Below, piece by piece: positions 10,007-17,652 of a stretch of DNA of 48,297 bases (position 1 is the first letter of the stretch; each line of letters starts with the position of its first letter). The position numbers and the translations under genes were made by a program. This DNA is from Patescibacteria group bacterium (GTDB lineage Bacteria; Patescibacteriota; Patescibacteriia; PEXW01): contig JBBTRK010000004.1 of NCBI GenBank assembly GCA_038065235.1, positions 1 to 48,297 of the forward strand, read 5' to 3'. The notes beneath the pieces were generated by a model. The model had not been told where the DNA came from. It was given only the letters and a program-made list of their open reading frames with translations, and ran no database searches.

Positions 10007-11863
10007 CTAGGGTCGATCGCGGCGCAAGACTGCGAAGAAGGCTTCCTGCGGGATATCCACTTTGCCCATGGCGCGCATCCGGCGTTTGCCCTTCTTCTGC
10101 TTCTCCAGCAGCTTCCGCTTGCGCGTCACGTCACCGCCATAAAGCTTTGCGGTAACATCTTTGCGCATGGCAGACAAGCTGGCAGAAGCAATAACCTTAG
10201 CGTTGATCGCCGCCTGAATCTTTACCTCGAACATCTGCTTGGGTAATATAGTTTTCAAATACTCGACCACTTGGCGGCCGGCACGCTGCGCCTCATCGGC
10301 GTACACCATGCTGGCCAAGGCATCGATACGCTCGGTCGCCACCAGGATATCCATCCGGACGACGTCTGCAGCCCGCGTCCCGAACACCTCGTAGTTGAGC
10401 GACGCGTAACCACTCGACGCACTCTTCAATCTATCATAGAAATCCACGAGGATACCAGCTAACGGCACCTTGCAGTGAATGACCACACGCTGCTCGTCGA
10501 GGTACTCGGTGCTGGTATGCTCACCGCGCTTCTCCACAATGAGCGCCAGCAGCGGCCCAATGGTCTTTGCCGGCGTGACAATATCGACGTTTGCCCACGG
10601 TTCCTCAATGTGGTCCACGTGCGAAGACTCTGGTAAATCTAGCGGGCTCGTCACGGTGACAATCCCTTTGGCATCAGCGGCATCGTACCCCAGCTGCTTG
10701 ACGAGTCGCTCCCGAGCCCGCGCCCCCGAGGGGTTGAGATGCACGCGGTAAGCCACGGATGGAATGGTAACAATGAGGTCGAGGCTGTATTCCCGCTTCA
10801 AACGTTCTTGGACTATATCGACATGGAGCAAACCCAAAAAACCACAACGGAAACCATGACCGAGTGCTTGTGAGTGTTCGGGTTCAAAGGTGAGCGCCGC
10901 GTCATTGAGTTTCAGTTTTGACAAGCCTTCGCGGAGCAAGGGGTAATCGTCCCCTTCTTTGGTAAATAAACTGGCGTGCACCATGGACCGTACTTCACGG
11001 TACCCCGGCAATGGTTCAACCGCATGGTGCTTCACGTCAGTCATGGTGTCGCCTACGCGGGCGTCACCGACACTCTTCACACCTGTAACGACGTAGCCAA
11101 TCTCCCCAGACTTGATAATCGAGGTCGGCGTGAGCTTGGGTTGGAACGTACCCACCTCGAGCGCGATGTTGCTCACCTTCGTCGCCATGAACTGCACGTC
11201 TGTGCCGCGCTGGATCTTTCCCTGCATCACGCGCACGTAGCTAATCACCCCACGGTAATCGTCGAACGTCGAGTCGAACACCAAAGCTCGGAGCGGCGCA
11301 TCTTCATCGACCACTGGCGGTGGGACTAGGTTGATAACGCGATGGAGTAAATCTGCGACACCGACCCCAGTTTTCGCCGAGACGAGGAATATTTCTTCCC
11401 GGCTGCAACCCAGCACCTTAATTATTTCATGAGCAGTTTCTTCGACGCGTGCGTTCGGCAGATCCACTTTGTTAATCGCGGGAATTACGGTGAGCCCCTG
11501 CTCCACAGCCAGGTAGAGGTTGGCTAGAGTCTGCGCTTCTACGCCCTGCGTCGCGTCCACAAGGAGAATTGCCCCTTCGACGGCGGCGAGCGAGCGCGAA
11601 ACTTCGTAGGTGAAGTCCACGTGCCCTGGGGTATCTATGAGATTTAGTTCAAAAGTCTGGCCTTCGTGTTGGTAGGCCATACGCACGGGAGCGAGCTTGA
11701 TGGTAATCCCCCGCTCCCGCTCAATGTCCATTTGATCCAGTAGTTGCGGCTGCATCTCCCGCTTGGTCACGGTGCCGGTTATTTCTAAGAAACGGTCTGC
11801 CAGCGTTGACTTGCCATGGTCGATGTGAGCAATAATGCAGAAGTTGCGAATGTTCGCACTCAT
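10007..11863 (-). CDS. lepA: Translation elongation factor 4 (LepA)
   Basis: IRNFCIIAHIDHGKSTLADR, DTPGHVDF and KDVTAKLYGGDVTRKRKLLEKQK. Confidence 0.99.
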   Translation of the reverse strand: MSANIRNFCIIAHIDHGKSTLADRFLEITGTVTKREMQPQLLDQMDIERERGITIKLAPVRMAYQHEGQTFELNLIDTPGHVDFTYEVSRSLAAVEGAILLVDATQGVEAQTLANLYLAVEQGLTVIPAINKVDLPNARVEETAHEIIKVLGCSREEIFLVSAKTGVGVADLLHRVINLVPPPVVDEDAPLRALVFDSTFDDYRGVISYVRVMQGKIQRGTDVQFMATKVSNIALEVGTFQPKLTPTSIIKSGEIGYVVTGVKSVGDARVGDTMTDVKHHAVEPLPGYREVRSMVHASLFTKEGDDYPLLREGLSKLKLNDAALTFEPEHSQALGHGFRCGFLGLLHVDIVQERLKREYSLDLIVTIPSVAYRVHLNPSGARARERLVKQLGYDAADAKGIVTVTSPLDLPESSHVDHIEEPWANVDIVTPAKTIGPLLALIVEKRGEHTSTEYLDEQRVVIHCKVPLAGILVDFYDRLKSASSGYASLNYEVFGTRAADVVRMDILVATERIDALASMVYADEAQRAGRQVVEYLKTILPKQMFEVKIQAAINAKVIASASLSAMRKDVTAKLYGGDVTRKRKLLEKQKKGKRRMRAMGKVDIPQEAFFAVLRRDRP

Positions 11864-13482
11864 ACAACGACCTTTCCATTCCCATTACGAATAAACTTTC
11901 GTACCCGGCCCCACCAATCCCGAAAGATTTGGACTTCTTCAACGTGTAATAATGACGCCGTCGCAAGGTAAGCCATAATCCCGCCGGTGCCTGCTACCAA
12001 GCCTTGCAAAAAAATTCCAACCAGCGTCCGCATGTCTACTCCCAATGCCGCGAAGCGCAGGAGCGCCCACGCTACGGTGCCAGCCAGTAACGAAGCAATA
12101 ACAATCTTCGTCGTGGTTCGGGCGACACGGGCATCATCCAGCGAGCCAAGACGCTTGCGAAGCACAGCATACAGCACCAGCATGTTGAGTAAACTCGAAA
12201 TAGAAAACGCAAGTGCTAAACCAATAACCCCGAAGTGTTTGGAGAAGTACAACGCACCCACAATATCAACCGCAACTGCAGCTATGCCAACCTTCACCGG
12301 TGTGGCCGTATCGTGCAGGGCATAAAATGACCGGGCGAGGATAGGAATGAGAGCCTGTGCGAAGATCGACAACGTGAAGTACCCTAGCACTTGGGCAGTC
12401 TGGTAAGTCGCTTCCCAGTCAAAGGCTTCGGCACCGACGACCACGCGCACAATTTGCGCCCGCAGCACGAGCAGGAGGATAGATGCCGGAATCATGACGA
12501 CGAGCAAGCGCCGAACCGTACGGGAGAAGTGGCCAATGAACGATTCCATGTCTTTCGCCGCGTACGCTTCCGAAAAAGCTGGGAACACCGCAATTGCCAG
12601 CGACACGCCGAAAACGTTGATGGGGAAGTTCTGCAGGTTGTTGGCAAAGTTAAACTGCGTCAGGCTCCCAGCCGCCAAGCTGGAAGCAATGATCGTAGCG
12701 ATGAGCTGGTCAATTTGATTAACAGCTAAGCCAAAAGTCCGCGGCAGCATGAGCCGGCCAATCTGCCTCACCCCCGCATGCTTGAAATCCAAAATACGTT
12801 GGTACCGAAAACCCAAACGGAACACCCCAGGGATTTGGATGAGCAGGTGTGCCAGCGCACCCACGACCACGCCGTACGCCAGACCAATAATCCCCCAGCG
12901 TGGCACGAACCACGCAATACCCGCGATGATGCCGAGGTTGTAGAGGATTGGTGCCAGGGCAAACGCGAAGAAGCGTTTGAACGAGTTTAGAATGGCCGAC
13001 ACGATGTTGCTGGCGCCGAAGAAGATAATTGCCACCAACATGATGCGGCTGAGCTGGATGGTTGTCGTCAATCTTTCGCCGCTGAATCCTGGCGCGATGA
13101 GCGGCACCAGCTGATTAGCAAATATGAAAAATATAATACCTAAACCTACAATAACAATAAGAAGGAGGTTAAGCACCGAGTTAGCAATACGCCAGGCTTC
13201 ATCATTGTTCGGCGCGCTATCTCCATCGTGCTTCTTCAAGTAACCCACGAACACCGGAATGAACGAAGACGAAAGCGCCCCGAGCACCAGGACGTTGAAA
13301 ATGAAGTCGGGGAGTTTGAATGCAGCGAAGTACGGGTCCAAGGCGCCACCACCGCCGAAGGTCGAGGCGAGCAGCCGGTCGCGAACCAAGCCAAGCACGC
13401 GGCTAAGCACGCCCGTCAGGCCAATAACGATTGCTCCACCCAGGATAGTGGTGGAGAGTTTTAACCAAAGTTTCTTCCACAT
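11860..13482 (-). CDS. murJ: Lipid II flippase MurJ/MviN
   Basis: SRVLGLVRD, AFKLPD, SFIPVF, FYALHDTATP; likely start ATG 13482. Confidence 0.95.
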   Translation of the reverse strand: MWKKLWLKLSTTILGGAIVIGLTGVLSRVLGLVRDRLLASTFGGGGALDPYFAAFKLPDFIFNVLVLGALSSSFIPVFVGYLKKHDGDSAPNNDEAWRIANSVLNLLLIVIVGLGIIFFIFANQLVPLIAPGFSGERLTTTIQLSRIMLVAIIFFGASNIVSAILNSFKRFFAFALAPILYNLGIIAGIAWFVPRWGIIGLAYGVVVGALAHLLIQIPGVFRLGFRYQRILDFKHAGVRQIGRLMLPRTFGLAVNQIDQLIATIIASSLAAGSLTQFNFANNLQNFPINVFGVSLAIAVFPAFSEAYAAKDMESFIGHFSRTVRRLLVVMIPASILLLVLRAQIVRVVVGAEAFDWEATYQTAQVLGYFTLSIFAQALIPILARSFYALHDTATPVKVGIAAVAVDIVGALYFSKHFGVIGLALAFSISSLLNMLVLYAVLRKRLGSLDDARVARTTTKIVIASLLAGTVAWALLRFAALGVDMRTLVGIFLQGLVAGTGGIMAYLATASLLHVEEVQIFRDWWGRVRKFIRNGNGKVVV

Positions 13483-13613
13483 ACGTAGCTGCAGGATACG
13501 AAAAAACCATGCTTTGAGCAAGTCAAACCAAAACAAGCGCGGGCACAGAGACCCACGCTTGTTTGCTCATGTATACATCCCCCCCAGCGCAGGTCTCCGT
13601 GCCTGCGCTGGTC

Positions 13614-13644
13614 AAACAAAAAACCGCACGGTTTCCCGAACGGT
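13614..13644 (-). terminator. Intrinsic terminator closing the 17.06-13.6 kb unit
   Basis: Minus strand ACCGTTCGG-GAAA-CCGTGCGGT followed by TTTTTGTTT. Confidence 0.7.
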
Positions 13645-13647
13645 CAT

Positions 13648-13788
13648 GTCTCTCTCCTCTCCCCTAGCCCACCGATACGTGCGACTGATACCCGGGTTTA
13701 CGTCCTTCCAGCAGGGAGAGAGTCCTAGTTGGATTTTCTGCAAACCTGAGATCGTAGGAAGTATCCGGTGGGCGGGGGCAAAGGAGAC
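13648..13788 (-). ncRNA. Candidate rod-shaped structured RNA (unidentified)
   Basis: GTCTC..GCCCACCG.GATAC pairs with GTATCGGTGGGC..GAGAC; inner helix CAGGTTTGC/GTAAACC; TATACT lies 6 nt upstream and a terminator follows. Confidence 0.45.
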
Positions 13789-13823
13789 GCCTCGAGTATA
13801 AACCTGACGTTTTTTTCTGCATA

Positions 13824-13895
13824 CCCTCCTCTCCCGTAATCCCGCTCTACGGGACTCTGGGAGAAGGGCAAGCAGCGAGTTGAACACTGCTTGCC
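13824..13895 (-). repeat. Divergent copy of the inter-ORF double hairpin
   Basis: GGCAAGCAG..CTGCTTGCC abutting CTTCTCCC...GGGAGAG. Confidence 0.55.
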
Positions 13896-13909
13896 AATGT
13901 ATTGGTAGC

Positions 13910-14140
13910 TTATACCCAATCCGTATACATCCACACAATAAACTTCAAAAGCAGAAGTGCAATGCAGAAGAGAATGAGTCCTCCCAGCATTGTGGTTAGG
14001 TCAGCCATAGTCAGTACTTTTTTGTATACGCCAATTGTGTAACCAATGGCAAACACAATTGGACTAAGAATAGCAAATATGGCCTTACAGAAAACAGCAA
14101 AATCAATGAGAATACAGAGAACAAAAAATACCATTTTCAT
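13910..14140 (-). CDS. Small membrane protein (76 aa)
   Basis: Hydrophobic ORF preceded by SD-like GAGGTG. Confidence 0.65.
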   Translation of the reverse strand: MKMVFFVLCILIDFAVFCKAIFAILSPIVFAIGYTIGVYKKVLTMADLTTMLGGLILFCIALLLLKFIVWMYTDWV

Positions 14141-14185
14141 TTTACACCTCTTTGTTTTATTGTTTTTTTACTCTCGAAAAGATCA

Positions 14186-14617
14186 TTACAGGTAGTTGAA
14201 GGTGACGAGCGCCTTCAGCTGGGGCATGCAGGTTGGGCAGTGCCGCCGGCAACTCATACTGGTTCCTACCAATATAAGCCCGACAACGCAGACCGTAAAA
14301 TTGTTCAGCAGGATATCCCGCGGACTGCCTTGCGCCAAGTCAATTGCGGTGACGAGCACGAAAATTACAGCGAGAACTCCGCCGACGAGCAAGAAACTCG
14401 CCCGCCAGTACCCCGACCACTCAACCTTCGTTAGGTTGCTCAATTTACCGCAGACGACTATGCAAAGTCCGAGCGCAGCAAGGGGTACCAAACCGTTATG
14501 GGCAACGAAGAACAGCATCTGTACGTTCGGTATCGTACCAATGCAGACTAGCAGCAACGCAACGAAGAGCGTGGCAATGATGATGCAAATTTCAAATAGC
14601 GTCTTCGTAAAAGTCAT
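14186..14617 (-). CDS. 4-TM membrane protein with Cys-rich tail (CRRHCPTC)
   Basis: AAGGAGG-atac-ATG at 14617; the longer ORF-track start reads through the hairpin repeat. Confidence 0.7.
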   Translation of the reverse strand: MTFTKTLFEICIIIATLFVALLLVCIGTIPNVQMLFFVAHNGLVPLAALGLCIVVCGKLSNLTKVEWSGYWRASFLLVGGVLAVIFVLVTAIDLAQGSPRDILLNNFTVCVVGLILVGTSMSCRRHCPTCMPQLKALVTFNYL

Positions 14618-14646
14618 GTATCCTCCTTGATTCATGTGTTTTTCTA

Positions 14647-14721
14647 TTTCTCCCCCACCCGTCGAGGCGTACTCAACGTGTAAGGGAGAAAGGCGAACGG
14701 TAGTGGTATGTACTGTTCGCC
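14647..14721 (-). repeat. Inter-ORF double-hairpin repeat, copy 1
   Basis: Variable hairpin followed by TTTCTCCCTTAC-AC-GTTGAG-TACGC-CTCGAC-GG-GTGGGGGAGAAA. Confidence 0.9.
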
Positions 14722-14736
14722 TTTTTTTCAAAGATC

Positions 14737-15198
14737 CTATTCGGGAATAATGTTCCCGATAGCTAGGCTAACTAACGCTACTAGAGCGAAAAGACTGAAA
14801 ACAAAGAATCCCTCGTAATCACTAATAGTACGTAGGCCAATTGCCTGGCCCTCATTCATTGAAACCAATTGGTAACGATTATACCAAATGAAACCATTGA
14901 AGCTTGCCGAGTTCCACTGCTTCATGCCCTGGCCAGCTGGTATCAGAATTATACCAACTTCGGTGGAATCCTTCGTAAGGTACCAGGTTACTGTTTGCTC
15001 CCCGTCTGATACATCGAGATCAGGACTGACTAACAGACGCGTTGAGAAGTCCTTACGAATAGTTTCGGGGATACTCACTTTTGACAGTAGTGATTCAATC
15101 CTGCTCGCTTCAGCTGCGTCAATTGGTTTTGCGTTGACGTTGCCAATGCAGAGTATGATAACCAACACTAGCAATGTGACGATAATTGTGTTTTTCAT
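14737..15198 (-). CDS. Secreted, C-terminally anchored protein, paralog A (153 aa)
   Basis: Signal peptide, C-terminal TM and SD AAGGAGG; shares VSDG..TV.WY.TKD, PAGQGMKQW and YQLVSM.EG.AIGLR with 15320..15781. Confidence 0.85.
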   Translation of the reverse strand: MKNTIIVTLLVLVIILCIGNVNAKPIDAAEASRIESLLSKVSIPETIRKDFSTRLLVSPDLDVSDGEQTVTWYLTKDSTEVGIILIPAGQGMKQWNSASFNGFIWYNRYQLVSMNEGQAIGLRTISDYEGFFVFSLFALVALVSLAIGNIIPE

Positions 15199-15237
15199 TA
15201 TTCCCTCCTTGGGATTTTAAAGGTGTATTGGTTTTTA

Positions 15238-15306
15238 TTTCTCCCCCACCTGTCGAGGCGTGCTCAACGCGTAAGGGAGAAGGACGAGCTGCATATGCAA
15301 CTCGTC
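15238..15306 (-). repeat. Inter-ORF double-hairpin repeat, copy 2
   Basis: GACGAGTTGCAT/ATGCAGCTCGTC followed by TTCTCCCTTACGCGTTGAGCACGCCTCGACAGGTGGGGGAGAA. Confidence 0.9.
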
Positions 15307-15319
15307 ACTTTCCAAAGAA

Positions 15320-15781
15320 CTAATTTTCAAACACGTATCCGATTAATCCAATGATCAATACAGTAACAAACAAAATTACAATCAATAACAAGTACAAATC
15401 AAATCCATCAAAATCCCGAACTATCCTAAGGCCAATTGCCCGGCCTTCACCCATCGAAACTAGTTGGTAGTTACAATAGAATATCGAACCATCAAGTTTC
15501 GTTGGCAGTGTCCACTGCTTCATTCCCTGGCCTGCTGGCATTGGAATAACCCCAAATCTGACGGTGTCTTTGGTGATATACCACATTACGGTCATGTCCC
15601 CGTCCGACACCGCAATATCTGGGTGGCTCGCTAACTCCCGCACGAATTCCTGACGAATATCTACAGGAATATCCACCTTCTGCAGCAACGAATCAATTCG
15701 ATCTTGCTCGAGTTGTGAAGCGTTTGCACTCGCTACACCAACTGCGAGTACAAAAATAACGGTACGAAGAATACTGTTCAT
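15320..15781 (-). CDS. Secreted, C-terminally anchored protein, paralog B (153 aa)
   Basis: Signal peptide, C-terminal TM and SD AGGAGG; clear paralog of 14737..15198. Confidence 0.85.
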   Translation of the reverse strand: MNSILRTVIFVLAVGVASANASQLEQDRIDSLLQKVDIPVDIRQEFVRELASHPDIAVSDGDMTVMWYITKDTVRFGVIPMPAGQGMKQWTLPTKLDGSIFYCNYQLVSMGEGRAIGLRIVRDFDGFDLYLLLIVILFVTVLIIGLIGYVFEN

Positions 15782-15816
15782 ATTTCCTCCTAGGAATCTG
15801 GTTTTTTTAGTTTTAG

Positions 15817-15896
15817 TTTCTCCCCCACCCGTCGAAGTACTTCAACGCGTAAGGGAGAAAAGGAAGGGCAGTAAGGAGCAACTCAACCGCCCTTCT
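15817..15896 (-). repeat. Inter-ORF double-hairpin repeat, copy 3
   Basis: GAAGGGCGG..CTGCCCTTC followed by TTTCTCCCTTACGCGTTGAAGTACTTCGACGGGTGGGGGAGAAA. Confidence 0.9.
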
Positions 15897-15901
15897 CCAA
15901 G

Positions 15902-15995
15902 TGTCATTGCGAGGAAGTGCCTATGGGCACTGACGAAGCAATCCCGTTGAAAAGCGAGATTGCCGCGCCCTCGTGCACTCGGGCTCGCAATGACA
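15902..15995. repeat. REP/MITE-like palindrome of the GTCATTGCGAG...CTCGCAATGAC type
   Basis: Terminal inverted repeats tgtcattgcgag/ctcgcaatgaca; a second copy lies at 35386. Confidence 0.85.
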
Positions 15996-16197
15996 GCGAT
16001 GTTTGTTGGCTGGAAGGGCCTCGCAGCCCTGTATACCTTTTGGGTATCGAGCATCCCTGCTCCGGGCTCTCATCCGCCGGCTATTCCGGACCAGCCAAAT
16101 TTTTTGGTTTCTCATCTCGAACGGCCTTTACTGAAAGACCAACCGAGATAAGTGGGGAATGAATTGCTTCGATTCCCCGAATGTACGTATTACAATC

Positions 16198-16380
16198 CTA
16201 CAGGGCAGCAATGGCAAAGATCAGTATGATCACGCCACAGATACCCGAGGTTATTATTGTTGTGAGGCCCGCATGAACCAAAGTCTGGTTCTGCGCCATT
16301 TTCCCGAATGCCGTTACCACTATGCCAGCGATGACGAACATTACGGCAATACCAATACCAAGAACAAGTATTGAAAGCAT
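16198..16380 (-). CDS. Small 2-TM protein (60 aa)
   Basis: TAAGGAG-aaaaa-ATG; two hydrophobic helices. Confidence 0.7.
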   Translation of the reverse strand: MLSILVLGIGIAVMFVIAGIVVTAFGKMAQNQTLVHAGLTTIITSGICGVIILIFAIAAL

Positions 16381-16400
16381 TTTTTCTCCTTACCAAAATG

Positions 16401-17060
16401 TTTCTTTCTATCAATCTGGAGGTGAGGTAGCCCTGAACCACTCATCCCGCGCATGCGGGATTCGGGTACAGGGCGGGGACGTTTTGGACCGAAGCCCACG
16501 CCCGAGTGATGGTTAAGTGTCTTTGGCAAGCTAGGCCTGCCGCGATACCGCACCATCGAGAAAGTCGCCTCCAAGTTGATAAAAAGAAAGTATTGTTTCT
16601 TCCCTCACTCGGTCTGCAAGACCCCGAGCATGCCACCGCCGTTGGCGGGGTCCCGCAGTAGGCGGTGATCGAGGGGCAGATCGGTTAAGGGAAAAATGAG
16701 TTGTCAATATACATGAGCCTTTGCGTGTAACGATCTGGAGGTGAGACGTAGCCTGCTTTGGACCGAAGCCCGCAGACCAACGAGGGTTGAGTGTCTTTGG
16801 CGAGTAACCCTGTACCAGTCGCTTGCGCTTCCGGTGCAGGGCGAGACCCGCCGCGATACCGCTCCCTCACATCTCGCTTGCTCATCCTTGCGGATGACCA
16901 ACCCCCTCCATATCGTTAGGCACAATCTCTCGACTACGCTCGAGATCTAACGAAAATCGCACTCCTGTGAGAGAGCACAACGATTAAATATGAGGTCCTT
17001 TTGGCCGCTCTCTCTTTCGGCAAAGGGACTGCTTGGGGAATGTTTAGATTTTCAACGTAA
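16401..17060 (-). ncRNA. Long structured leader/ncRNA containing two copies of an unrecognised motif
   Basis: Starts just after the promoter and has no credible ORF. It contains duplicated blocks with compensatory changes, cUUCGg loops, and G-U pairs that favour the minus strand. Confidence 0.65.
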
Positions 17061-17066
17061 CTGAGG

Positions 17067-17095
17067 AGTATACACGCGGGAGTATATCCTGTCAA
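17067..17095 (-). promoter_or_regulatory. sigma70 promoter
   Basis: TTGACA-17 bp-TATACT on the minus strand; +1 near 17060. Confidence 0.85.
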
Positions 17096-17104
17096 TATCA
17101 CAAA

Positions 17105-17137
17105 TGGCTAAGGTTAGCCAAAAGGGCTAAGGTTAGC
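17105..17137. promoter_or_regulatory. Tandem palindromic operator-like sites GGCTAA-GG-TTAGC
   Basis: Two copies 19 bp apart, just upstream of the -35 box. Confidence 0.5.
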
Positions 17138-17167
17138 GGAAAAAGTGATACGTAATCCCCTGAATTT

Positions 17168-17211
17168 CCTCCTCTCCCATTGGGAGAGGGTCCGCGAAGC
17201 GGGGGTGAGGG
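17168..17211. repeat. REP-like hairpin flanking the DUF559 gene
   Basis: cctctcccattgggagagg...gggggtgaggg. Confidence 0.75.
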
Positions 17212-17213
17212 AA

Positions 17214-17558
17214 CTAATCTCGTATCTCGAGGTGAATCTTCTCTAAAACTATTTCTGGCTGCTTTTCAAAATCGTTGTTCCAAACTCGGATTACTTTGTA
17301 CCCTTGAGATCGTAAATATGCATCTCGTACCTGGTCACTTTCTTGATTAACCTGATCGTCATGTTGCCCACCATCTAGTTCAATGACGATGTGTTTTTCA
17401 CGGCAACAAAAGTCTGCCACATATTCACCTATAACAAATTGACGATGAAACTTCAAACCAAAAAATCTACGAGCACGCAATCTCGCCCACATCTTTACTT
17501 CGAATGGGTTTCGCTCCTTCCGCAATTTTCGAGCAATGGGCGTTAAACTATTTTGCAT
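17214..17558 (-). CDS. DUF559 / Vsr-like endonuclease
   Basis: ARKLRK...E.KMWARLR...KFHRQ..IGEYVADF...VIELDGGQH...RDAYLRSQGYKVIRVWN. Confidence 0.92.
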   Translation of the reverse strand: MQNSLTPIARKLRKERNPFEVKMWARLRARRFFGLKFHRQFVIGEYVADFCCREKHIVIELDGGQHDDQVNQESDQVRDAYLRSQGYKVIRVWNNDFEKQPEIVLEKIHLEIRD

Positions 17559-17567
17559 ACTTGGTCA

Positions 17568-17641
17568 ACCTCACCTGCCCTTGCCCTCGCACCTTCATGG
17601 TGCGGGGCTGCGGGCATCCTCTCCTAATAGGAGAGGAGGAT
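17568..17641. repeat. REP-like hairpin flanking DUF559, with a nested CCCCGCACC-type hairpin
   Basis: cctcacc...cctctcctaataggagagg, containing gcaccttcatggtgcgggg. Confidence 0.7.
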
Positions 17642-17652
17642 TCTCAAAACCT

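Noticed and set aside
14647-15896. CRISPR array
   Set aside because: Repeats are ~580 bp apart with whole ORFs between them, and no cas genes are in the window
13824-15896. Classical integron attC cassettes
   Set aside because: No RYYYAAC...GTTRRRY core pair is recognisable at the hairpin ends, and no integrase is in the window
16040-16110. glmS ribozyme or SRP RNA (CGGCGGATG..CCCGG; GGTCCGGAA)
   Set aside because: The glmS 5' core (AGCGC..GACGAGG) and the SRP GGAAGCAG motif are missing
16401-16918. Twister ribozyme, c-di-GMP-I riboswitch, or group I/II intron
   Set aside because: Only short word matches (AAGCCC, GCAAAG); the required cores, domain V and P7 elements were not found
15842-16950. 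Short ORFs in the track overlapping the structured region (other than 16198..16380)
   Set aside because: No SD, atypical composition, and they run through palindromes and repeats
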